Shown here piece by piece: positions 1-6,207 of a DNA stretch of 6,826 nt. Numbering within the stretch: the stretch's first letter is position 1; each line of letters starts with the position of its first letter. The notes under the pieces are model-generated. The model made no database searches. It saw only the letters and a list, made by a program, of their open reading frames with translations, and was not told the DNA's origin. This DNA comes from a virus (Duplodnaviria; Heunggongvirae; Uroviricota; Caudoviricetes), in IMG/VR virus record IMGVR_UViG_2693429599_000001, positions 1-6,826 of that record. One strand, written 5' to 3'. A program made the position numbers and the translations under genes.

Positions 1-1535
1 TTACGCAGTGCGCCTTCCTGCTGGTCAAACAGGTCAGTCCCCACCGCCTCATAAGCGGACTGAAACTCTTTAAAGTCACCGCCGAGGTTGTCCTGCATGA
101 TATTTACCAGCTCGGCGGTCTTCCCGTCTGAGGCTTTAAACGCAGCGGTCAGTTTGTCCAGCTTTCCGGTTGAGGCGGCAGTCATCAGCACGGCGGCGGC
201 TGAGCTGGCCTCCTCCCCGAAAATAGTTTTCATGTATTCAGCCTGCTGGGCAGTACCGAGCCGGTTTTTCTCAAAACTGGCCTGCATTTCTTTCAGAATG
301 GTAAATACTGGTCGGGTATTCCCCTTACTGTCTGAGGTTTTTACGCCAAGCTCTTTGAGTGCATCCCATGCTTTTCCCGTTGGTGCCTGCAGGCGACTTA
401 ACACGGCACGGCTTCCCGTCCCCGCCATTGAGCCTGTGATTTTTGCATCATGCAGCGCCCCGACCATTGCGGCGGTTTCTTCAATGCTGACACCGGCATT
501 TTTTGCCACAGGTGCGGCATAGGTCAGCGCATCGCTCATGCCGTCAAAATCGGCGGCGGTTTTGTTCATCGTCATGGAGAGAACATCCCCGATATGAGCG
601 ACCTTATCGTTTGAAAGCTGAAAGGCGGATTTCATCCCCATCAACAGGGCGGCGTTTTCTTCCATCGTGCGACGGTTCGCCAGCGCCATATTCAGCGTGA
701 CCGGCGTTGCCGCCTGAATGGCATCAACATCCCCACCGGCTTTTGCAATAATAATCTGCGCACCGGCTGCATCATCTGCCGAGGCTGCGGTATTGTCGCC
801 GAGCTGACGCGCCTGCTTGCGTAGTGCAGCCATTTCGGCGGAGTCTTTTGCCACTCCGAGCACAGCCTGTAATTCTGAGTTTTTCTGCGCAAACTCATAA
901 CCGGGCATCAGCAGCTTAACTCCGGCCATCGTTCCCGCCGCCGCAATCCCCACACCGGCAGCGCCCACCGAGGCCATATTTCCGGCCAGTTCCTTTCCGG
1001 CCTGATAACGCTGTTTTACTGCGTTAAGTTTTGCCTGTTGCGCACTGACACGCGCCAGTGCGTCGCGCTGACGATTAAGCTGTGCGGTGGTTTCACTGAT
1101 ACGGTTTTTCAGCCCCTGCTCATCATGTGCAAGATTGCGGGTATTAATTCCCACAGCGGCCAGTTCCCGCTGCTGGCGTTTAACGGAATCCGTCAGGCGG
1201 TTATATTTCGCCTGTAAGTCCTCCGCCGCTCGCTTTGCTGATTCCAGCACTTTCGCCTGAGCACGGGTCGGACGTTCGGTGTTTTTAAACTGTGTGGCAA
1301 GGGCTTCGGCCTCCTGCCGTGCCTTTTCAAGTGCATGACCAGTCACGGCAAGCTGTGCACTGGTCTTGCGAAATCCCTCAATACGGGAGGCGTGACCGTT
1401 CAGCTCGCGCAGTGATTTTTGTGTTTCCCGGATATCCCCCGACAGCGACTTACTCGCTGTGCGGATGGATTTAAACGGGCGGGATGCCTGGTCAACAGCC
1501 CTGAGCAATACCTGTAATTTTACATTGTTACTCAT
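1..1535 (-). CDS. T: Tail tape measure protein, P2 gpT-like; N-terminal 511 codons, gene runs off the window at position 1
   Basis: Minus-strand ATG at 1535-1533 translates MSNNVKLQVLLRAVDQASRPFKS; the frame stays open to the window edge (the tta at 1-3 is out of frame). Its ATG overlaps the E' stop (AATGAGTAA), and it sits downstream of E/E' as in P2. Coiled-coil-like A/Q/K/R-rich sequence. Confidence 0.85.
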   Translation of the reverse strand, partial: MSNNVKLQVLLRAVDQASRPFKSIRTASKSLSGDIRETQKSLRELNGHASRIEGFRKTSAQLAVTGHALEKARQEAEALATQFKNTERPTRAQAKVLESAKRAAEDLQAKYNRLTDSVKRQQRELAAVGINTRNLAHDEQGLKNRISETTAQLNRQRDALARVSAQQAKLNAVKQRYQAGKELAGNMASVGAAGVGIAAAGTMAGVKLLMPGYEFAQKNSELQAVLGVAKDSAEMAALRKQARQLGDNTAASADDAAGAQIIIAKAGGDVDAIQAATPVTLNMALANRRTMEENAALLMGMKSAFQLSNDKVAHIGDVLSMTMNKTAADFDGMSDALTYAAPVAKNAGVSIEETAAMVGALHDAKITGSMAGTGSRAVLSRLQAPTGKAWDALKELGVKTSDSKGNTRPVFTILKEMQASFEKNRLGTAQQAEYMKTIFGEEASSAAAVLMTAASTGKLDKLTAAFKASDGKTAELVNIMQDNLGGDFKEFQSAYEAVGTDLFDQQEGALR

Positions 1536-1955
1536 TCGTGTTTCCGCTTCGCCGGAGCGCCTTTTCGCGCCATGTGATAAGTTCGGTCAGGCTCATGGGA
1601 TACAGTTCTGATGGCGGCCAGTGAAATATCACTGCCACATCCGCCATCAGGTCATCGACCGAGAGATTTTTCGGAAACGTCACTGCACCGAGTTCGGCGA
1701 CAAAAAACCGACCACCTTACCGGCCAGCGCCACAAGGTCAGGCAGTTCCAGCGCGGCGACTTCCTGCTCGGTCAGCATCGGTGCCGTCATGCGCGGCAGC
1801 ACCTTAATCAGTGCATCGACTTCGGAGTTTGCAACCGCAGCCAGACTGACACCGCGTAGCGTCCCGGCATTGGGTTTCATCAGCGTGACCTGTTCGATAA
1901 CCTGCTCACCACGTTTGACCGGATTGTCCAGGGTAATGACATTTTCTTTGTTCAT
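1528..1955 (-). CDS. E+E': Tail assembly chaperone gpE+E', product of a programmed -1 frameshift (142 aa predicted)
   Basis: After the slip at GGT TTT TTG, the -1 frame stays open for 57 codons (VAELGAVTFPKNLSVDDLMADVAVIFHWPPSELYPMSLTELITWREKALRRSGNTNE) to a TAA at 1530-1528. That gives 85 + 57 = 142 aa, the length I recall for P2 E+E'. Confidence 0.75.
1680..1955 (-). CDS. E: Tail assembly chaperone gpE (91 aa)
   Basis: ORF-track protein MNKENVITLDNPVKRGEQVIEQ...GFLSPNSVQ; its position between tube and tape measure, its length and the slippery site near the 3' end match P2 E. Confidence 0.9.
   Translation of the reverse strand: MNKENVITLDNPVKRGEQVIEQVTLMKPNAGTLRGVSLAAVANSEVDALIKVLPRMTAPMLTEQEVAALELPDLVALAGKVVGFLSPNSVQ
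1701..1707 (-). other. Slippery heptamer T_TTT_TTG for the E/E' -1 ribosomal frameshift
   Basis: Plus strand caaaaaa at 1701-1707 is TTTTTTG on the minus strand, in the 0-frame context GGT TTT TTG at codons 83-85 of E. The P2 and lambda G/GT-type chaperone frameshift sites are of this kind. Confidence 0.75.
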
Positions 1956-2011
1956 GGTTTTCTCACTTCTGAATCAGGGTTAACCGGCCAGCCAGGCTGA
2001 CCGGATGAAAA

Positions 2012-2530
2012 TCACAGGCCGATATTGCGGCGGTGTTGCTCCAGCCGGTCGACGCCGTTCACCTTCTCAATCATGTTGATGGTGTCAATTTCGACCAGCT
2101 CCTTACCGTCCATCGTCAGCCGGAAATAGGTGCAGACCACGGAGATTTTCGACTCAGTGTCTTCTCCCTGTTTACCCTCGCCGGTGTCGATTTCTTTCTG
2201 ACGTCCACGCATGACCACTTCGACGGCCACCGTTTCGCCGGTATCATCGCGCTGGTAAGAGCCTGCAAAACGAATCGGCACGGCATCCACGCCGGTTGCG
2301 GCGTAAAGCTCCCAGATAACCGAATCCGGGAAGCCCCCGAGCGACCACTCCATTGACAGCGCATCGTCATCAAGGCCGAGGTCTACCGGTGCGCTGCCGT
2401 TCATCCCCGCACCGCGATAGTTTTCGAGCTTACGGGTCAGTTTTGGCAGCGTGACGGACTTTGCAACGCCCTGATAGCTGTAGCCGTTCAGAAAGACGTT
2501 CATTAACTTGAGTTTGCGTGGCATTGCCAT
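2012..2530 (-). CDS. FII: Tail tube protein, P2 gpFII-like (172 aa)
   Basis: ORF-track protein MAMPRKLKLMNVFLNGYSYQGVAKSVTLPKLTRKLENYRGAG...; GGAG ribosome-binding site 8 nt upstream of the ATG; lies immediately downstream of FI, and its size matches P2 FII. Confidence 0.9.
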   Translation of the reverse strand: MAMPRKLKLMNVFLNGYSYQGVAKSVTLPKLTRKLENYRGAGMNGSAPVDLGLDDDALSMEWSLGGFPDSVIWELYAATGVDAVPIRFAGSYQRDDTGETVAVEVVMRGRQKEIDTGEGKQGEDTESKISVVCTYFRLTMDGKELVEIDTINMIEKVNGVDRLEQHRRNIGL

Positions 2531-2542
2531 CGGTCAGGCTCC

Positions 2543-3733
2543 TTAATTGCTGTTAACCGAGGTGACCAGATTTGCCAGGTATTTATCGGTAATACGCTGG
2601 CGCAGGGTCAGGTTTTCGAGAGGAGGCACCGGTGTATAGTCGTAGTCGATATACAGTTTTCCGGCCTTGAGGGTTTCCGCATCGTTGGATTCTTCGCTGA
2701 ACCAGCAGGTCGCATCCACGATATAGCCGTTTGTTTTCAGCTCACGGAATTTGGCATTGATGCCGTCAACGATGTCGCGAATCAGCGTTGCGGTGATGGG
2801 CTTGTCCACCGCCCACATGTGCGCCTCAGCCATCGTGTCGGCCAGCACCTGCGCGGTGCGGGTGTAGTTTTCAAAGAGGAACAGCGGGTCATCAGAGCAG
2901 GTACGGTTACCCCAGAAGCGGAAACCATCACGGCGAATCAGCGTTGTGACGCCTGACTCATTCAGCAGGTCAGCATCGGTGCCGGACTCCTGCAAATCCC
3001 AGAATACAGAGGCACTGATGCCGGTAACACCGTTTACCCCGACATTGGACAGCGTTTTATGCCAGCCCTGCTCCTGGTCGATTTTAGCGCGCAGACCCAG
3101 CGCACGGGCGGTGGCATACGCGGTGGCGGTGGTGCTGCTGACCGTATCCCATGCGAGGAAATCCGGCCAGATGACCATCAGCTCACGCTGGCTGAAATTC
3201 TGGCGGTAGGCTTTCACCTCGGAAATGGTTTTACAGCCCCATGCGCTGATATACCCGAAAGCGCGCAGCTTCTGACAGACTGATGCCAGTGCAACAGCCA
3301 CCTCTTTGGTGTCCAGTCCCGGCACGCCGAGAATACGCGGTTTAACACCGGTTACCGACTCCGCCGCCAGCAGGGCTTTCAGTCCGGTATACTGACCGTT
3401 TTCGTCAGTGGTGCCGATGATATTGGAAACGGTCTGCGCGAGTTTCGTTTCTTCGTCGTCGCCGGTGCCGTCTTCAACACGCACGACAACGGTAACCGGT
3501 TTTGACTGGTCAGCGATGGCCTGCAACGATGCCGCCAGCGTGCCTTTTTTACCGGCCTTTGCAATTGCGCTCTGCACATTGGTAATCAGCACCGGTTTAT
3601 TGAGGGGGAAGGTTTCCGCATCCGCATCGCTGGCCGTACAGACCATGCCGACAATGGCAGTGGATACGGTGGAAATGACGCGGGTGCCGTCGTTAATCTC
3701 CAGCACCTGCACGCCGTGATGATAGTCACTCAT
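2543..3733 (-). CDS. FI: Contractile tail sheath protein, P2 gpFI-like (396 aa)
   Basis: ORF-track protein MSDYHHGVQVLEINDGTRVISTVSTAIVGMVCTASDADAETFPLNKPVLITNVQSAIAKAGKKGTLAAS...; a GGAG ribosome-binding site precedes the ATG; length and N-terminus match P2 FI as I recall it. Confidence 0.93.
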   Translation of the reverse strand: MSDYHHGVQVLEINDGTRVISTVSTAIVGMVCTASDADAETFPLNKPVLITNVQSAIAKAGKKGTLAASLQAIADQSKPVTVVVRVEDGTGDDEETKLAQTVSNIIGTTDENGQYTGLKALLAAESVTGVKPRILGVPGLDTKEVAVALASVCQKLRAFGYISAWGCKTISEVKAYRQNFSQRELMVIWPDFLAWDTVSSTTATAYATARALGLRAKIDQEQGWHKTLSNVGVNGVTGISASVFWDLQESGTDADLLNESGVTTLIRRDGFRFWGNRTCSDDPLFLFENYTRTAQVLADTMAEAHMWAVDKPITATLIRDIVDGINAKFRELKTNGYIVDATCWFSEESNDAETLKAGKLYIDYDYTPVPPLENLTLRQRITDKYLANLVTSVNSN

Positions 3734-3792
3734 CCGTTTAACTCCGTGGTTAATGGGTGAGTGATATTTTCAGTTGTGCCGGAGATGTCAGG

Positions 3793-4386
3793 CTATTTGT
3801 CCCGGTTGGCTAAGGGATGACACAATTTATTCTTTGTCGCTGATGAGGGGAATTTTTTATAGAGCGTGGACAGGCCAATATCAAAAATCAGCGCCACGCG
3901 TTGACGTGATTCACCCGCAGCCAGCAACCGTCCTGCCTGTTCCCACTCACTCGCGGTGAGCTTCGGACGTCTGCCACCAATACGACCTTTGGCTCTGGCC
4001 GCTTCCAGTCCGGCGCGAGTCCGCTCAACAATGAGTTCTCGCTCCATTTCAGCCAGGGCACCCATCACATGAAAGAAAAAACGCCCCATCGGCGTGCTGG
4101 TATCAATGGCATCCGTCAGGCTGCGAAAATTAATGCCGCGTTCGCGCAGCTCCTCAACCAGAATGACCAGATGCCGCATACTACGCCCCAGCCGGTCCAG
4201 CTTCCAGACTACCAGTGTATCCCCCTCCGATAATGTCCTGAGCAGTTTTTTCAGCCCCGGCCTGTCGGACTTCGTGCCGCTGATTTTATCCTCAAAAATC
4301 AGCTCACATCCTGCGCACTCCAGCGCGTTACGCTGCAATTCCGTGTTCTGGTCATTTGTTGACACGCGTACATAGCCAATAAGCAT
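3793..4386 (-). CDS. Serine DNA invertase, Hin/Gin/Cin/Pin family (resolvase-type catalytic domain plus C-terminal HTH)
   Basis: Translation MLIGYVRVSTNDQNTELQRNALECAGCELIFEDKISGTKSDRPGLKKLLRTL...VVWKLDRLGRSMRHL...GINFRSLTDAIDTSTPMGRFFFHVMGALAEMERELIVERTRAGLEAARAKGRIGGRRPKLT has the active-site Ser in VRVSTNDQ. I prefer the ATG at 4386-4384 (GGGGGA ribosome-binding site 5 nt upstream) to the ORF-track start at 4392. Confidence 0.9.
   Translation of the reverse strand: MLIGYVRVSTNDQNTELQRNALECAGCELIFEDKISGTKSDRPGLKKLLRTLSEGDTLVVWKLDRLGRSMRHLVILVEELRERGINFRSLTDAIDTSTPMGRFFFHVMGALAEMERELIVERTRAGLEAARAKGRIGGRRPKLTASEWEQAGRLLAAGESRQRVALIFDIGLSTLYKKFPSSATKNKLCHPLANRDK
4279..4303 (-). promoter_or_regulatory. 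Candidate recombinational enhancer element (Fis-site-like palindrome) inside the invertase 5' coding region
   Basis: Imperfect palindrome gctgatttt-N7-aaaatcagc at about +83 to +107 of the invertase gene; a second A/T-tract element ctgagcagttttttcag lies at 4238-4254, about 45 bp away. Hin, Gin and Cin enhancers lie in the 5' part of the invertase gene with two Fis sites about 48 bp apart. Position-based inference only. Confidence 0.25.
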
Positions 4387-4413
4387 GAGCATCCCCCTGA
4401 ATAAAAACCGGAG

Positions 4414-4803
4414 ATGATGCCAGTTGCCCGTTATCTCTGCATTTTCATAAACGTTGGTTTGGGGGAATTGGCTCTGGCTGGCGCAACAACCGGCGCTATG
4501 TTGGTGAATGGGTATGTAGCAATTCCATTAATTATTTCTGGCGTTCGGAGACCACTTATTATCCAGTGGGGAGTGGGGCAGTTTGGGGGAAGTCTGGGGG
4601 ATGATGCGGGATATTTAAACAATTTCCCTTTCGCTTTTCCGTCGGCGTGCTACGTGATGGTTGCCAGCCACGTGGGGCATACACCTTCGGGTGCCGGAAT
4701 ACTATCTGCTTCCGCAATCACAAAAAGCGGCTTTCGTGGTTTTTCCAGCGTAGTGACTGCCGCAAATCCTGTATCGGGCTGTTATGTTGCTATAGGAGGG
4801 TGA
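4414..4803 (+). CDS. Tail-fibre C-terminal (tip) cassette, invertase-proximal duplicate; probably silent unless joined to a fibre 5' part by recombination
   Basis: From 4454 it encodes the same 116 C-terminal residues as the fibre ORF ending at 5771 (LGELALAGATTGAMLVNGYVAIPLIISGVRRPLIIQWGVGQFGG...SGCYVAIGG). The ATG at 4414 directly abuts a GGAG (no spacer) and lies in the invertase upstream region, so independent translation is doubtful. Confidence 0.5.
   Translation: MMPVARYLCIFINVGLGELALAGATTGAMLVNGYVAIPLIISGVRRPLIIQWGVGQFGGSLGDDAGYLNNFPFAFPSACYVMVASHVGHTPSGAGILSASAITKSGFRGFSSVVTAANPVSGCYVAIGG
4442..4467 (+). other. Putative invertase crossover site A (26 bp, 12-2-12): ttttcataaacg tt ggtttgggggaa
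   Basis: Imperfect dyad with AAAC-type half-sites resembling hix/gix/cix/pix sites; lies 55 bp upstream of the invertase start; the 429-bp repeat begins at its central TT. Confidence 0.6.
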
Positions 4804-4882
4804 TGTGTTTTTTAGTCCATCTTTAAATATTTTTGTGAATCCTGCGCTTAAGGATGACTACATCAATGTAAATTCATGGCCA
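4454..4882 (+). repeat. Direct repeat copy 1 (429 bp, identical to 5422-5850)
   Basis: Base-by-base comparison of the two blocks; the identical antisense ORFs 4431-4622 and 5381-5590 in the ORF track reflect the same repeat. Confidence 0.95.
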
Positions 4883-4885
4883 TGA
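4805..4885 (+). pseudogene. Truncated tail-fibre assembly gene fragment (first 26 codons of the tfa at 5773, then a stop at the repeat boundary)
   Basis: GTG at 4805 with an AGGAGG ribosome-binding site, identical to the 5773 start; the frame hits TGA at 4883-4885, exactly where the repeat ends. Confidence 0.55.
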
Positions 4886-4901
4886 AGGCGTACTCATTGC
4901 G

Positions 4902-5771
4902 GTGGCGAACTGCCCGGAAACGTACAAACCGCAGTTGCAGGAAGGCAGTGGTCGTACCCAGACTATCCGCATGATTCTGGTTGTCACGAATACCGAAGCC
5001 ATCACGCTGAAAATCGACCCGTCGGTGGTACTGGCGACCCGTAAATACGTGGATGATAAAGTCCTGGAATTAAAGCTGTATGTGGATGACCAGATGAGAA
5101 ACCACATTGCCGCACAGGATCCTCATACCCAGTATGCACAGAAACATAATCCGACATTTACCGGAGAACCAAAAGCGCCGACGCCTGCCGCAGGAAATAA
5201 CACCACGCGGATTGCGACCACTGCGTTTGTACAGGCCGCTATTACCGCTCTGATTAACGGTGCCCCTGACACGCTGGACACACTGAAAGAAATTGCCGCA
5301 GCTATCAACAATGACCCGAAATTCAGTACCACCATTAACAATGCGCTGGCAGGTAAACAACCGCTGGACAATACGCTGACTCATTTGAGTGGAAAGGATG
5401 TAGCTGGTCTTCTCACATACCTTGGTTTGGGGGAATTGGCTCTGGCTGGCGCAACAACCGGCGCTATGTTGGTGAATGGGTATGTAGCAATTCCATTAAT
5501 TATTTCTGGCGTTCGGAGACCACTTATTATCCAGTGGGGAGTGGGGCAGTTTGGGGGAAGTCTGGGGGATGATGCGGGATATTTAAACAATTTCCCTTTC
5601 GCTTTTCCGTCGGCGTGCTACGTGATGGTTGCCAGCCACGTGGGGCATACACCTTCGGGTGCCGGAATACTATCTGCTTCCGCAATCACAAAAAGCGGCT
5701 TTCGTGGTTTTTCCAGCGTAGTGACTGCCGCAAATCCTGTATCGGGCTGTTATGTTGCTATAGGAGGGTGA
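4902..5771 (+). CDS. Tail fibre protein, 5'-truncated copy or alternative cassette (shaft region plus C-terminal tip); first ~100 codons of a full fibre gene absent
   Basis: Frame is open from 4872 with no ATG; first GTG at 4902. Encodes VLIAVANCPETYKPQLQEGSGRTQTIRMILVV...KYVDDKV...HNPTFTGEPKAPTPAAGNNTTRIATTAFVQAAITALINGAPDTLDTLKEIAAAINNDPKFSTTINNALAGKQP, which from memory resembles P2 gpH around residues 100-160 and the conserved enterobacterial side-tail-fibre motif. Crossover site B lies at codon ~170. Confidence 0.75.
   Translation: MANCPETYKPQLQEGSGRTQTIRMILVVTNTEAITLKIDPSVVLATRKYVDDKVLELKLYVDDQMRNHIAAQDPHTQYAQKHNPTFTGEPKAPTPAAGNNTTRIATTAFVQAAITALINGAPDTLDTLKEIAAAINNDPKFSTTINNALAGKQPLDNTLTHLSGKDVAGLLTYLGLGELALAGATTGAMLVNGYVAIPLIISGVRRPLIIQWGVGQFGGSLGDDAGYLNNFPFAFPSACYVMVASHVGHTPSGAGILSASAITKSGFRGFSSVVTAANPVSGCYVAIGG
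5410..5435 (+). other. Putative invertase crossover site B (26 bp): ttctcacatacc tt ggtttgggggaa
   Basis: Right half-site and core identical to site A, left half identical at 8 of 12 positions; same orientation as site A; lies inside the fibre ORF (encodes ...LLTYLGLGEL...). Confidence 0.6.
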
Positions 5772-5850
5772 TGTGTTTTTTAGTCCATCTTTAAATATTT
5801 TTGTGAATCCTGCGCTTAAGGATGACTACATCAATGTAAATTCATGGCCA
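5422..5850 (+). repeat. Direct repeat copy 2 (429 bp, identical to 4454-4882)
   Basis: Base-by-base comparison; starts at the central TT of site B and ends 78 bp into the tfa at 5773. Confidence 0.95.
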
Positions 5851-6207
5851 GATGATGCTGTTGAAGTTGATGAGCAGGTGTATATTGAGTTTTCCGGATT
5901 ACCGCCGAAAGGAAAAATCCGTATCGCTGGGGAAAATGGTTTTCCTGCATGGTCTGAAATTCCACCACCAACGCATGAGGAACAGATTGCCGCAGCCGAA
6001 TTGAAAAAACAGCAATTGATTAATCAGTCCAACGAATATATGAATACCAAGCAATGGCCTGGTAAAGCGGCTATTGGTCGTCTGAAAGGTGAGGAACTGG
6101 CGCAATATAATTTGTGGCTGGATTATCTGGACGCACTGGAACTGGTTGATACCTCCAGTGCTCCAGATATTGAATGGCCTACGCCTCCGGCAGTTCAGGC
6201 CAGATGA
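5773..6207 (+). CDS. Tail fibre assembly protein (Tfa, P2 gpG or Mu U-like chaperone) for the plus-strand fibre cassette
   Basis: GTG start 5 nt after AGGAGG and 1 nt after the fibre stop; C-terminus ...WLDYLDALELVDTSSAPDIEWPTPP shares the conserved Tfa C-terminal motif with the 6179-6772 protein. Confidence 0.85.
   Translation: MFFSPSLNIFVNPALKDDYINVNSWPDDAVEVDEQVYIEFSGLPPKGKIRIAGENGFPAWSEIPPPTHEEQIAAAELKKQQLINQSNEYMNTKQWPGKAAIGRLKGEELAQYNLWLDYLDALELVDTSSAPDIEWPTPPAVQAR

Noticed and set aside
1-3. tta at the window start as the stop codon of the tape-measure gene
   Set aside because: It is not in the T reading frame (T codons run 1535..3, leaving two bases over); the gene continues beyond the window.
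88-1474. ORF-track frames 88-522 (+), 503-700 (+), 692-898 (-) and 1292-1474 (+) lying inside the tape-measure gene
   Set aside because: They are antisense or out-of-frame to the long minus-strand T reading frame, which is open across the whole interval. They show Ala/Ser/Arg-rich low-complexity translations typical of spurious frames and have no ribosome-binding sites.
1611-1983. Plus-strand ORFs 1611-1859 and 1621-1983
   Set aside because: Antisense to gpE and E', which are strongly supported by the frameshift architecture.
2033-3719. Internal ORFs 2033-2356 (+), 2116-2373 (-), 2946-3209 (+), 3059-3283 (+), 3379-3579 (-) and 3408-3719 (+)
   Set aside because: All lie inside, and are antisense or out-of-frame to, the well-supported FII and FI genes.
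3734-3900. A canonical Ogr-type TGT-N12-ACA late-promoter box upstream of FI
   Set aside because: No perfect match was found on the minus strand, only half-matches, so it is reported as a low-interest finding and not called as a feature.
3774-4375. Plus-strand ORFs 3774-3959 and 4094-4375
   Set aside because: Antisense to the invertase gene; Arg/Ser-rich translations with no recognisable motif.
3734-4453. An anti-phage defence cargo gene at the P2 Z/fun hotspot between the tfa and FI
   Set aside because: The interval is fully accounted for by the invertase and the fibre cassette; no additional ORF with defence-like features (nuclease, ATPase, toxin) is present.
4431-5590. Minus-strand ORFs 4431-4622, 4874-5107, 5070-5384, 5123-5371 and 5381-5590
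   Set aside because: Antisense to the fibre coding frame; the 4431-4622 and 5381-5590 frames are identical only because they fall in the 429-bp repeat.
4442-5850. Interpretation of the two repeated blocks as the inverted repeats flanking an invertible segment
   Set aside because: They are in direct orientation, not inverted; the inverted partner must lie outside the window.
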